Source of the DNA: Takakia lepidozioides
Taxonomy: Eukaryota > Plantae > Bryophyta
Assembly (NCBI GenBank): GCA_030704615.1
Contig: CM060731.1
Span: 82,832,001-82,896,000, forward strand
Direction of reading: 5' to 3'
Length of the DNA: 64,000 bases
Part shown: positions 51,201 through 64,000 of the stretch, one piece after another
How the letters are laid out: each line of letters begins with the position of its first letter
How positions within the stretch are numbered: position 1 is the first letter of the stretch
The notes under the pieces: model-generated
What the model was told of the DNA's origin: nothing
Databases searched by the model: none
The model's input: only the letters and a program-made list of their open reading frames with translations
Program-made: the position numbers and the translations under genes

Positions 51201-52892
51201 TCTCCCTTCATCGCATTATACAACAGTTTTTCTGGTCTGAATGCCCCAAACACTCACATCACGCTCGCCAAAACTGCTAGAGTTGGTGGAGAGCAGACAT
51301 GGGACGTCTCACAAGGCATTCTCATTCCCAATCAGGCTTACGGAATTACCAGGTTTGATGTTCAAGTGGTCAATTGATGCAATGTACAGAGGATGCAAGG
51401 GTATACCTTCACAGCGCCCCCAGAGATGAGACGACCTGATGCCACCACAAGTGCAAGGGCCAGCCATTGCCAAAGGAGAAGATTTTTCCAAACTACCCTC
51501 CGAAGCATTTGCAGACGCACAGAACAAGCTAGCATCGCACACAACACTATCAGGCTGAACCACTGTATCCAGTGCACCCACTTATTCCTGATCTTCTTCC
51601 ACCTTTTGTATTGTGGTATGGACTCATCGTCCAAAGGATCGACCTGAAATCAAGTCAAGAGTTTGTCATGAGCTCAAAGAAAGCTGGTAACCACTTCAAT
51701 TTTTTAGTGAATTGTAGGGTGGCAGTATATTGTAACAAGGACAGGAGGGCTGTTGTGCCCGACAAGAACATTGCCCTGAGTCAATGGTTATCAGATATTC
51801 TCGATGTGTAACTTGAATGTCGGTGGCCACTGAGCCCCAGGAGCAGCTGAGATGTAGTGACAGACCTAATTTTTATGGGAGAAACAATGTCTTTAGTCGA
51901 CTTCTTCCTATGTACACGACTCACATCAACAAAATGTAGTGGCAGGGTTGGTAAAAATGGGGTACCTCTTCTTCTATAGGAAGTACTGGCATAGCGTTGC
52001 GGGGAGAGAATAGAAAGGAGGCCATACTCTTGAGGCGACTAGGGGTGGTCACTACGAAGGAGGCAACCCGATTGAAGGATTTGCGGCTGGTTAACGGCCC
52101 TCTTGATGTGGGAAGGGGCTGATCTGTGTTGTTGTAGATAGAAAAACGTCGGCGGTTGTAGGGAATTTGATCTGTGACTGCGGGTGTCATGGGAGGAGGG
52201 TCCTGAAGCCGCGTCTTGAGCCGTGAATAGGCCCTGGGCGGCTTCCTTTGTGTCATAGGACCATGCGTCCCTGGCGGCGATCCATGGTGGCTTTCCTCGT
52301 GCCCACTCTCTTCTGGGGATGCGAGCTGTGGGTCAGCCTGCTCGGGTAGAGTCAAGGCCTGAAGTTTTGGTTTGCGTGACTTGGGGGGTAGTGTAGGCAA
52401 TGAAGTGGTGGGTGCATGAAGGACACGCGCAGGGACTGTGGAGCCATCCTCCAGGTGGAATTCAAACTCGTCAAAGTCGGATTGAAGCTGCTTATCATGC
52501 GCCCCTGAGGTGCTTGCATCTGTGCTTGCATCTGCAAGGTCTTGGCCAAAGTCAGCAGGGCGAACTCCATGTTCTGTAATGCGTCTCACATGAGGCTCTT
52601 TCCATTCTGGAGGTGATTCATCCATGCTATCTCTCTTGTCATATGAATGGGGCATTGCCATGTTTCCCACATAGGGCGCAGATGCTTCAGGGGAATTGCT
52701 GCTATCAGGAATACTTATGGTATGGACAACAGAACTCGTTTTTGAAGCATCATTCATTACACCAAATGAGGTGACTGCAGTGGCAACTTCCAAAGCCGCA
52801 TAAGCCTGCCCGGTGTTATCTCCCTCATGATACTGTACTTCTTCATTCTCCATTATGGTCCCTGACGCAACGTAATCCAGTGGTTCTCCCAT
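45245..52892 (-). CDS. MscS-like mechanosensitive ion channel (plant MSL4-10 type), multi-exon
   Basis: FHRAAYFDRIQDCLFHQYVLETIS; AWTLRRLMKIVR; EIDSEVEAKAAAK; KWVVNVYKERKALSLTLSDNRTVVAKL; FIFGNAARSTFESLIFLFIMHPFDVGDR; KIYYPNSVLATKPLSNFYRSP; final exon EAGERWQRRS. Confidence 0.93.
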
Positions 52893-54541
52893 CGGTTCTT
52901 GCCTTCTTGAGAGTGTTCACTCTCGACTCCTGGAGTCAACAGCGCCCTGAAATCGGGCTCCTCTGCCCCAAAGCCTTGCTCATGCTGTGGCCACTCTGCG
53001 GCTTCCAAATGATTAGAACATCAAAAGCCATCGTCTCCGGATTCCTCAAACTGTCCACTTTTCCTGTATTGCAAGCCACATGCATTGCGCTTCTGCCACC
53101 TACCTTAAAGGCTCTGCACTGCAAATCATGAGTGAGATATCTGCTTTCTAGAGAGAGACTTACAGACGCCCACAATGTAATGAACGGCTATTGCACTTAA
53201 GCAGCTACAAATCAGAATCCAGACGCGATTGACGGATCCAAAAGGAATCAGACGAGTCTTGCGGCATGCTAGAAAGGAGCCATTGAACACTCACAACCCA
53301 AAAATCTGACAAATCAACGAGACACACTGGCATACCTAATTCAAATGATGCGAAACAAGATGCATCCCCTCCTTGTATGCAGACGCCATTAGGTTAGAAT
53401 GGCTATCTAGTGAGCGCAACACAGGTGGTGATAGCTAACGGTCAACGGTCGATCTTTCATGTTCACGTGACCCGCGACATATCACGGGTCTCGCCCCCGC
53501 CGCTACGGTGCAGCTCCGCTATCTCTCATTATAGCGCACGTGTATATTACAGCTGCTCCTAGGGTTTACGGCATGAATGAAAAAAATTATCATCCATCCG
53601 TATATATCGTATCACGAGGAAGACGAGTGTATGTATAATACTACATACGCTTCGCACGATCGTATCCATCGTCACCTTCGCACTCTCACAGCGCAATGCT
53701 TCTTGAGAGACAGTGCGAGGCAGGAATGTGCAAAGAAAATGCGTGATGTCTTTGTTGTTGCTGCAGTGTGGCCTTCAACTCGGATTGTACCAGTTCAGCA
53801 GCTTATCGAGGTGGAGACTGGAGACCTGGAGTGACGGCGCCGACCAGAGCTGCTGCAAGGAAACCAACGGCTCTATTGCAGATAGTCCTCACGCTTCAAC
53901 GATGCTGGCCACATGTCCGTTGCCGAGCTGGGGCCCACTTTCTCCACAAGGAAAGTGGAGATAATAACCACCTTCCTAGTTCTCCCCACAATCAGCTTTG
54001 TACGTTGAGAGTTGAAAGACTGTGTTGACGTGTAAGGTGGTTATTAGTATCTCAATACAGTAGTGCACCTAGAGTAGAAGAACTTATACTCTAGAGTCTA
54101 GCGATGGATACAATGTGTTTCCTCCGCTAGAATAGCGGAGAATGTACTGAGGTAGGGCCGCCGGTGGATCCTCGCGCAAGGGAAAGAGCTCGGCTCTTGC
54201 TCTCTCACACGCTCGCGCTGAACGGTCTGTTTTCTCTCTCTTATATATTTCTCTGTCTCCAACCCAGAGGTTAATAAGAAGCTGAACTTGTTCTCGGAGT
54301 CGCATTGGGTCCTTGCAAGACAATTTTAGCATTGATTTCCAACTCCTGCTCTTGTGCACTACTGTCTCTCTCGGACACACGCGCCGTTGTATTTGATCCG
54401 ACAACGAAGACAGATTCCATCGCCCATAGCTGCATTCGAAAGCACTGAGGTGTGGGTTCTGGAGCAGCTCTGAAATGGAAAGACAGGCCGGTTAATGAGA
54501 GGGGCGAAGGAGCAACGGGAGAAAAAGAACGGCAATTGGAG

Positions 54542-56267
54542 ATGAGACTGAGATGGCAAAGGCAGGGAGAGAAGAGGTTGGATAGCAGAGTATGGAGCTC
54601 AAGGTTATGGACGACAGTGTACTGTGTAGTTCTGTGCATGACTGTGGCGCCCTCGGCATGCGACTATCCCCCTGGCAAGTAGATCCTCCCTCCTACTTCT
54701 TGCTCGTTACTTCAATGTTTTCTTTGCAATCACATCGGCGGAAGGCCTCCATACGGTACTCGACTAGTTTCCGAAGGGTCGTCTGTATTGAAGACCACTA
54801 TTTGCTTGTCCACGCTTCGTCTAGCTTCTGTAGTGCAAGACAAGTCTGAGAGAAGAAGAAATCAGGTCCGAGCAGAAAGAAAAGGGGTGTTGGGGGAAAG
54901 CTTTAGCCTGAGATGGGAAGATTTGGCAAGATAGCTCAGTTTCCTGATCATTTGTTTCTCCTGCTTGTGCTCCAACAGAGTCTCACACTATTGGCATCAA
55001 CTATGGGCTCTTAGGTGACAACCTCCCCACACCTGCTGGTGCTGTTAACCTGATGAAAAGTATGTCGTTGGGAGGAGTTAGAATATTTGATGCAAGTACT
55101 ACAGTGTTGACTGCCCTTGGAAACTCTGGGCTAGAAGTGGTGATCGGAATGGGGAATGATGCCATTCCGGCGCTCGCTAACGACTCTGCTGCAGCTGATC
55201 AATGGATTCTCCAGAATGTGGTAGCCTACCCTACCACAAACATAACAGTGATTTTAGTTGGTAATGAGCTTCTTTCAGACAACTCCCGTACGGCTATATG
55301 GGTGCAACTAGTACCTGCCATTCAAAACCTCCATCAGAGCTTGCTAAACCATAACTTATCATCAATCAAGCTCTCTACTGCTGCAGAGCTCAACGTTCTA
55401 TCATGGTCTTCCCCTCCTTCACTTGGTGTGTTTCGAGAGGACATAGCTACCTCAGTTCTCAAGCCCTTGTTGCAGTTCCTCAATGACACAGGGTCATACT
55501 TTTTTGTCAACGTCTATCCTTATTTTGCTTGGGAATCAAGCCCAAAGTATCTTCCATTGGATGCTGCTTTATTTCAGAGGAACACTACATGGCTATCGGA
55601 TGGTCAGTACAACTACAGCAATCTTTTCGACGCACAGTTGGATGCAGTCTCAGCAGCAATGGAGCAGCTTGGATTCAAGGATGTGAGGGTGGCAGTCAGT
55701 GAGACTGGGTGGCCATCAAAGGGGTCTCCTGATCAACTGGGTGCAAATATTGAGAACGCTGCAACCTACAACAGGAATCTAGTAAGCTATATCCTGAGCA
55801 ACCCAATTGTGGGCACTCCTCGCAAGCCAGGGATCTTGGTCCCCACTTACATTTTCTCTCTCTTTAATGAGGATTTAAAACCAGGTGAACTGGCTGAGCA
55901 CAACTGGGGGATTCTGTATGCGAATGGTTCTAAGGTCTACCCTATTGATCTGACAGGTAAAACACCTGTTAGCCAATACCCTCCTTTGAACTCATCATCC
56001 TCTCCTGCACCATTGCCAACCCCGCCAGGACTATACGCACCTTCTCCCAGCCCCACGAGTTCAAACTCACTTGTCCCAGCTCCAGTCCCTGCTCCTTTGT
56101 CCACTGCCACATCCAGTCGCTTACCACCAGCTACTACTGTCCCAGGACCATCAACAGCTGAATCTCCGGCACCCAGTGGAGCTTTATGTTTGCAAGGGAG
56201 GATGAACAGCTTCACCTTTACCGCCCTCTCTATCTCCCTACTAACCCTTGTTTATTATGTCTTGTAA
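54542..56267 (+). CDS. Glucan endo-1,3-beta-glucosidase (GH17) with Pro/Ser linker and probable GPI-anchor signal; exons 54542-54674 and 54979-56267
   Basis: IGINYGLLGDNLP; ILVGNE (acid/base); FVNVYPYFAW; VSETGWPS (nucleophile); YIFSLFNEDLKPG..EHNWG; hydrophobic C-terminus. Confidence 0.95.
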
Positions 56268-59036
56268 GAGCCCCCACTCTTTTTCTCCCCACCCAATCGG
56301 CTCTCTTCTTTGGATTATTAGCATTGATCTGTTTGAAAATCTTAGAAGTGGTCTCTTACTGGATCAATTAGAAGAATGAACCCATCACATTTCATTGGGA
56401 AATCAGTTCATTGTAACTAGTATGTGCCTTGGTGGTCGCACAATTGACAATTGGTGTAAAGAGGTAAATTAAGTCCAGGACTTGGATGTTCCAGATTTCA
56501 GTCCTAATTTGTTTACAGTTTTTGCCCTGCCATTTTTGGCCCAAGCGCATGTTCTAATTTTCAAGGTTAGAGTGTGATTTGTGATTCGCAAATGAACATT
56601 CAAACTAGCAAGTCCCTTTCTGCAGAGGGTGCTAGTTTTCAAAGATGGTCCCTCCTCTAAGCGATTTGATGCCAAAATGTGACTCGTAAGAGATGCCTCT
56701 CATCCCTACTTCACTCATACTGTGAGCACCACAGGACACAATCTTACCTAGGATTGAGCCTTAAAATGCTTGTCACAAGCCAGCTGCCTCTGCTTAATAA
56801 GTTGCTCTCAATACATGTACTGAATAACCAGATAGTCCCCCACCGGAGGTGTGATAATGATTTATTTATTAGGCTGATTTATTTATTACAGCTGTAACTT
56901 GTAACCAGCTCGAAATGTGTTTCTTGGTAACATAAGTTGGAAGGATATAGAGAAGACAGCTACTTGGCCTTCCTGTGGATCCAAGCTGGAAACTATAACT
57001 CCTAGAGGCTACTCTCCCCGAAGATAAAGAACTGAGGCATTGCAGTATGACGCAAGTGTCAGGTATATAATCTTTGGATTCACCACAAAGAATTCACCAC
57101 AACTCAGCACTTATTTAAAGAAAAGATCCATAACATGCTGGTACTACCTTATGAGCAAAATTCCTTGCTCGCTAATCTCATCGTCGTCTATCCCTCCATT
57201 CACCACACCAGATCTCAGAATTGTGAGAACCAGAGGAATTTAAAACAAATGTGGGTCTCACAGAGAGAAGTCACCAAAGGCTCACAGAGGCTATACCTTG
57301 AAATCAGGTTGAGAGAACTTCCGAAGAAATTTCTACAGCCCCTCATGTATTCGTGGTTGGCGTAGTCCTCCACAAAGAGGGTATTGAATTCTTGTGATCC
57401 ACAGAAATGCTACCACTCAAATCATGACGAGCTCGTCCATGCTGCGCGCCTGACAGAGAAACAACTCAGTCATGGGGGAAGTTATTCTAATAAGCCTTAT
57501 AGAATCCAAAGTTCAGTCCAACCATAATGTTGACGTGACACTTTGTACACGACCAAGAAATGAGGACTTATAAGAGCAGCGTTGAAGGAGGCCAACTCTA
57601 TACCAGGGACTCTGCTTGCATTGCCTGCACTAGCTGACTGCAACATGCTCCCAACAGTAAGCGCCCAGGCTTCATTGGCTCTATACAGCTTCCCACGAAC
57701 TACTAACCTAAGTAAAAACACCAACAAACACACCTGCTGTTTGTGAATCCGTGAAGAGCAAGAGATGGAGTGTCCGACCCGCCTGTGTATCCAGCGTCCA
57801 CTCTGCCGTCTCCCTCCCTTACTTTACGCACACAGTTTCAGGGTTTCCACAACGTAGAAAAACATATAAGGCACGGTTGGAAATAGTAAAAAGGGATGTG
57901 CATGGCTAGCAAAGAAGGTTGAAGTACCAGAATAGCAAAAGCAAGAGCGAGGCTTTGACAGCAAAGAAATGATACCGTCAATAGTCGGGCTCAAGGCTGG
58001 GTCTTTCTTCGCTTCTTCTCTTTCCCCAACCGTGTTAGGATCACAAGAACACATTAGAGAGGAAATATGGAGGAGGAGATTTGGAGCAAGCTCCTTGTCG
58101 TGTTAGAAAGGTAGTGAAGAAGGATATGCTGTCAGAGTTGTTGGAAACTAGCAGATAGACTTCGATATGGCAACTTGAAGTCCGCTTTAAGTCAGTTTTG
58201 CAAGTTGTGGAATTCCCACTGCTAGTTTCCAACAACTCTGTCAGCAGATCCCTCTTCACGAAGACTCCGACTCCTATCTCTTGTTTGTTGAAAGGTTTAC
58301 AACCCCAGATGTTTGCATGTTGCATGCCCCCACAACTCGACGGTGGCACAAGATCGGCCTCAAGATCCCCTAGGAATTCCCAAAGGATAAATCATTATCC
58401 AGAGTTCGTGCTGCAGATGGAGGCTTACCCCCATAACGGGCGTAAGGGACGAGGACGATGAAGACTTGTGGATTGTGTACAATCCTCTCTTGAACAAATC
58501 CAGACAATTGCTTGCCCTGCCTCACCGCAGTTCAAGACACTTCCTGGACGTGGATGCGCCAAGCAGACTTTGGAGAACACACACGTGTGTTTCCCCCCCC
58601 CCTTTTTTGGGAACTTCTCATCCTATGTACGTTCACCCATTGTACATGCTGTAAATAAAGTCTTACAAGGATTGATCGTTGGAGAACACACATGTATGAC
58701 TCAATTAGTGAGTGTTGGACCCAGACTGGAAAGATGCCCACAGTCCTGGGTACTCTTCAGCGATGTGCAGGAATTGTGATATGTATTCCACTGGGAGCCA
58801 CGTTACCTGGGATAATCTGCCCAAGAGCCAGCGACGTGGCGACCAACGGATGTTGCCGTACGTAATTTGTGTCGGCGAGGAATGCTGTATGATCCAGGGT
58901 TTTATATCTCGTAGCACGTGAACAGCCTATAGGAATTTTTATTTGATCCATATAGACAGAGCAGGATAGCGAAGATTGAGAACAACTCGAGCTGGTAGAA
59001 GCGGGCTAGCGTCAGATCACAATGATGAGGGCACCC

Positions 59037-59540
59037 TGTAACGATGGAAGACCCGGCAGATTATGACGGCAGATTATGGCATATAATCTGACCCCGACAA
59101 GGCCAGAATTTCGAGCCAAAGCAAATTACTTACATGGCCCTACCCCACTCTCTTTACTTTTCATTCACTTATTCTCACAAATCTTCCCTATTAGTTTAGA
59201 GGATGACGCAACCATGTCAGTCCTCATATAAGTTAGGAGCCTAATTTATGGAGTCCCATTTGCTTCCCTTGCGATCAATCACCATTTATGTAGGTACTAA
59301 GTCATTATCAGTGATAAACTTAGGCCCCTCACCCCAATAGTTAAATAGCCAAAACAAAGTAGAGATAGATAGAGAGAGAAGACTCCGGCCGAAGCCGGCG
59401 TAACTAAGAGCCACTTCGCCTTGCAGCTACTACCCCATTTCGGGTGGGTCCTATATAGCAAAGTGCTATCTGTATTCAGGTCCTTTGGATCCCCTTGTTA
59501 ATACATGACTAGTTTAACAAAACTTACATGGTATTAGAGC
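59037..59540 (+). mobile_element. Orphan 5' LTR with tRNA-Met PBS
   Basis: TGTAAC at 59037 ... TTACA at 59528, directly followed by TGGTATTAGAGC (one mismatch to the iMet PBS TGGTATCAGAGC); no + strand coding region follows. Confidence 0.65.
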
Positions 59541-60151
59541 AGGAAAGGGACCTTGGGAATTCTGAGTCTGGGAAGATTTCCAGTGTGCAGCTTTGTTCCA
59601 GCAGTTGTTTCTGTCTTCTACATATTCTATTTATATTTTGCAATGCTCCAAATTAGTCTTAACTAAAACTTTGTGTAGCACTGCTCCAAAGCTGTTTTCT
59701 GTCATTTCTATCTAGAATATTATATTAATCCAGTAGTAGTTCTTCATGTCGTGCGCATACATATCGCTACACACCTACAACACATGTGCACACCACACAC
59801 TAGTCCACCACTAGTCCAACCACTAGGCTACAACTAGTCAGTCACTAGGCTGCCACTATGCTGCCCACTATGGCAGTCACTAGTCCACACAATCGCCCCC
59901 CTAGCTGGTGCTTAGGTCCTTCTAAGTCCAGGTAGCCACAAGATGTGATAGTGACCATAGTCTCACTAAGTCCTCCACCACTGTCCCTACTACACTCAAA
60001 CTCGATAGATCGAGAGGCTGGGTGCAAGAGTTGCCCCATCGTTAGTCGCCGTCTTGCAACCTGTGAACGTGAGCCTAGGATCTCGTGTATTGACTCCTAT
60101 GAGCTTGGCCTCCCATGTCTTGTTAGCTACTTTTAGTCATATCCACTGCCA

Positions 60152-63100
60152 CTATCCCAAGCAGTGTGGACACAACCAATCTCCATCAGGAACCTTCTCA
60201 AGAGGTGGTGTCAAGCATCCCATATGCCAACCACTTGAGCATTGATCACACACCAACATGGTGGCTGCCCCTTTGGCAGACCCACAGAGCATGCACCTCA
60301 AACCTGCAGGTACCACTGCCAAGTTTGGGTCAACTCTGCCATCAACATTGGGAAGGTGACATGGCGCACAATTACGCACATGATCCTTCCAAGTCATGTC
60401 ATCCCGTCCCTCCAAGATCATGACTCCTGAGGGCAACACCTCTCGAACCCTCAAAATAACACGCCCTGCAGTCACATCCAGGGTCGTAGGAGCAGTCTGC
60501 TGCAAATAAACATAGTCGTCAGGGCTAAACCTCCAAACCCCAGGACGATATCCTCCACCACGTATAGTGGCATACCTCAACGTATCACGGTGCTGTGCAA
60601 TGGCAAGGTTCTCAAAAGCCATGGGCATGACTTTCTTGAACAACTCTGCACGCTGAACACATGCATGTATCCGTACATCCGGATCGTCAAGGTTAAGGAC
60701 TTGAGCAGTGTCCCTATGAATGGCTGCAGACAAATCCGGCTCTCGGCCAAAGAGAAGAAAATATGGTGAGAAGGAGGCAAGTGATGCTTGCTTGCTGAAC
60801 CGGTAGCCCATGACTAACCAAGATACCTGAAGATCCCAATCTTCTAGGTGTCCCTTCTGCAAGCCATATTTGAGCAAACCCCTCTTCATCGTCTGAACAA
60901 CTCTCTCTGCCAAGCCATCGGCCTCAGGATGATCCCGAGAAGTGGTGTGGTGATCTATCAAGGCTTTATCACACAAAGCCTGGAACTCCTCCAAGAACTC
61001 TCTCCCTTGGTCCGTGAGTACCTCAACTGGAGCACCGAATCGGCTAAGCACACGATCAAGAACACTCCTACAGAGTTCTCTCCCTGGCAGTCACAGTGGC
61101 TGTCGTGTCTCCCGTGCGGAGGTAGTCCAACACAGCTGAATCCTCATGTATATCTCTAGCACCACCTGGCTCATCACTAGCCTCAGGGTCCTCAGACACT
61201 CCGTCTATAGTCATCCCTGTTGTAGGTCCAACCTGACTAGCATGCCCGATGGCATCAAAGATCTCCTCTGGTGTTGGCATGGCATATTTATCGGACTTGG
61301 TCTGACGATTTACAGGCCGGTAATCACCGCACATACGTCTCTCCGTCCAATTGCCATAGACATCATTCTTGGCTGGCATCACTGTGGCTGAAGCATACTC
61401 TCCACCAGAGAGCTCCACCAAACCAGCCTCCTAGAGATCTTCTGTCCTCATCTGAATCAAAGACCTCTCCATGTCACTGTATCTATAGGGTCTCCGAAAG
61501 ATTGGCGTGTCAGTGGCCAACTCAATACGAATCTCTTGACCCTTCAGTGCTCCCAAGTCCTTCAAACTGAAGGCAAAGCAATTCATGTAAGCCCTCAAGA
61601 ACCGCCGTATACGTCGTCTTTCTCCTCCGGTAACAATGGGTCCAATGTCAGGCTCCCAATTGTTCTCCGTAACTGCAACCTTAAGTCCAGTGGGCTTAGA
61701 GGTAGAGGACGCGTCCAGTGGTTGCTATGTTGCAACCTCTTGAGCAGTACTCCCTACCTGCTCAGTCAATGACAAGGCCTCATCCTGCCCCATCATCTCA
61801 TCCTCGAGGACTTCCTCAACCCGAGAAAAATCCCCAACCTCATCCATCACCGCCGCCCTGGCTGCCAACTCCCTCTGAACCTCGAGCACCTCCTATGTGT
61901 GTCATGGATGTCTGCACCCCGTGGTCCTCTCATGCTCGCCCCCACTCACTGCCTATACCGTCTCGGTAGGCAGAGAGACCATCGAGGGAAGTGTACTCCG
62001 CACTCTGCGTTGCTCAGCCATAGCCAAGCTGATAATCCAGGTCAAGCAATTGAGATCCATTGCTTGCCCCAACACCTGACGACGTGATGCCTCAGAAAGA
62101 GACGACATCGCCGTGGTACCAGTGGTAAAACCCATTGCCCGTTCACGCTCGTTAGCATTGGGCTCCACTAACTGCTGCAACTGAGCATCCCACAGGAGGC
62201 CAGGTCCACTATCCCGGAAAGCATGCGATCCTGGGAAGCTGAGCAGTGTAGGTAATGTTGCTCGTGGTTGACCCACCCTGTTGAACACTGCCAAAGGCGA
62301 ACGATCATCGTGTCTCACACGCTGAGACTGCCTCCTTGTGTCCAAAATGCTATCCACTGTGAGGTGTGTTGGGCGCTGCACCCCATCAAATGCACGCTTG
62401 AGCAGTGCGGGTGGCATCAAGTTAGTCCACCATAGCCGTGGACGATGAGCCCGTGACCCCACTGCAGCTGCAACCAGCAACACTGTTGACCCAAGCCACG
62501 ACCGGACTTGATGCACACTGGCCATCACCCTGGCCCAAGAATCGCCCATCAGTGGCACATTCTCCAAGATGTATGCTGGAGATACAGCTTGATGAAGCTA
62601 CAAGTGGTGCAAAACCCGCACCATCTCCCAAAACAAACCCGACCTCGAGTCTCGCAATCCATTGTCATGCGGCTGATGAATGCTCTTGGCAGGGCCAACC
62701 TGCCACTGCCAGATCAATGGAGCCAACCCGCTCCAAATCCTGCGCCCCCAGCAACGAAATGTCTGTTGGCAAGGCCTGCTGATATCCACGAACTGCAGAC
62801 ACCGACAACAACTCAGGGTACTGCTGCACCAACTGAGCAACATGGTGAAGTGAAATGCGTCGTGTAGTCTCATCCCTCTCTACATACTAGTAACGCCGAA
62901 CTCGTACATCTGCCTGTAACACAACAGCCAATCCGGTGTTGATCCCGCCAAACAAGTCCAGAAGACAAATGCCTTCATCCGGATACTGCCATACAATAGG
63001 TGTGGTGTCCAATGGAGACAACTGAGGTGGTCCTGGTGCAATCCCCGCACTCTCCTCCTCTCCTGATGGTACAAAAGCCTCCACCCAGGCTTGTTGCACC

Positions 63101-64000
63101 CGTCGATCAGCAACCCGCTGCAAATCTTTGCTCGTGCCCCACAATGGAGTCTGAGCAACCATGGCAGGCAACTCCGCCATACCATACATGTCATCCTGCT
63201 CTCCCGGAGGTGATACATCGTCTGAATGAGCGTTGCCCTCAAGCAACTCTCCAGGCCAACTCAATGCAACTGTGAATGCTGTTAGTGTCGGCATCTTGCC
63301 TCGCTGGGCAACCGCAACTCCTCCTATGAATGTCACAGGGAGCTGCACACGCCGGCTCTCCCCTGACTGCCATCCACGCCTATAGGAAGCTGACTTTTCC
63401 CAAAAATCCAGGGTGAAGCCCATGGGGTACAACACTGCCCTACCAACCAGGACATCATACGAGACCGCGTCTGTCACAATGGCCTTGGCTCGCATCACTG
63501 AGCCATCTGTAAGGTGATCCGGCCGTAGTCTGATAGCCAACTCATGCCATGTCATGCCCCAAGCCTGCTCCGATCCTCCCAGAGACGTCTGTATCTGGAA
63601 AGGACAAGGCTCCATATCCGCCTCCGTGAGGCCCAAGCCTGCAATAGCAGCTCTGCCCAGCATCAATGGCTGAGCTCCCGAGTCCAACAAGACCCGCAGT
63701 GGCCGGTACCTCTTGCCTGCCAGTCCACTCAAATAGAAAATGTCATTCTGGTTGTCTAACATGACAATTCCAGGTGTCACCAAGGCGCGCTCAATGGCTG
63801 GCCTAGCTGGCAGTTTCATCAACCTGGCAACTGCAGTTTGCCATTGCGCCGCCGTGGCAGTCTTGACCCTCAAATCCGAGGATCCATCCGGCACTACACC
63901 TCCCACTATCTCCGCAGAAGATGAAGTAACCTTCCCACTCTCACAGAGTGTAGCTGCCAGCCTGAACACCTCAGCTGGTCTTACCCCCGGCGTCGCAATC
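60152..64000 (-). mobile_element. Decayed Ty3/Gypsy pol region with order protease - DNMT3-like C5 methyltransferase - RT (truncated) - integrase - PHD finger
   Basis: LRVLLDSGAQP (protease); DNMT motifs; RRMCGDYRPVNRQT..YAMPTPEEIF (RT start, then deletion); VLTDQGREF..HPEADGLAER (integrase); CMLCGS..MLVCDQCSSGWHMGCLTPPLEKVPDGDWLCPHC (PHD). Confidence 0.9.
61990..62975 (-). pseudogene. Retrotransposon-borne DNMT3-like DNA (cytosine-5)-methyltransferase domain with stops and a frameshift
   Basis: Motif I LLDLFGGI; II RY*YVERD; IV IDLAVAGWPCQ (62686-62700); VI YILENV; VIII AHRPRLWWTN; IX ERERAMGF; X RRQVLGQAMD. Confidence 0.88.

Noticed and set aside
59037-59528. LTR as the 3' LTR of the DNMT-bearing Gypsy element
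   Set aside because: Its PBS indicates + orientation while the DNMT pol is on the - strand, so it probably belongs to a different element

Overview
Eukaryotic nuclear DNA with spliceosomal introns, most likely from a non-seed land plant. Host genes: ISU/IscU Fe-S scaffold (-), tRNA-Lys(UUU) (-), NUP88/MOS7-like nucleoporin (+), MscS-like (MSL) channel (-) and a GH17 beta-1,3-glucanase (+). The rest is mostly transposons. The standout is an apparently intact 11.3-kb Mutator-like element (6886-18208, perfect 9-bp TSD TGGCCCACA) nested in an older decayed MULE (5706-21032). It encodes a GCM-like/DDE/SWIM transposase on the + strand. Divergently, it encodes a spliced ~1100-aa protein fusing a ParB/Srx-like domain to a prokaryote-type beta-class N4C/N6A DNA methyltransferase fold. 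Two introns of that gene carry arrays of a conserved 22-bp palindrome (TGAATGTCGTCAACGACATTCA), reminiscent of parS sites. A 1.6-kb non-autonomous relative (26180-27787, TSD GCTCATACA) keeps variant palindromes with the same core. Also present: a degenerate chromovirus-type Ty3/Gypsy element with a Tf1-like self-priming PBS (29557-35034), a decayed Gypsy element carrying a DNMT3-like C5 methyltransferase and a PHD finger (60152-64000), and L1 LINE remnants. All calls were made by eye; no database searches were run.
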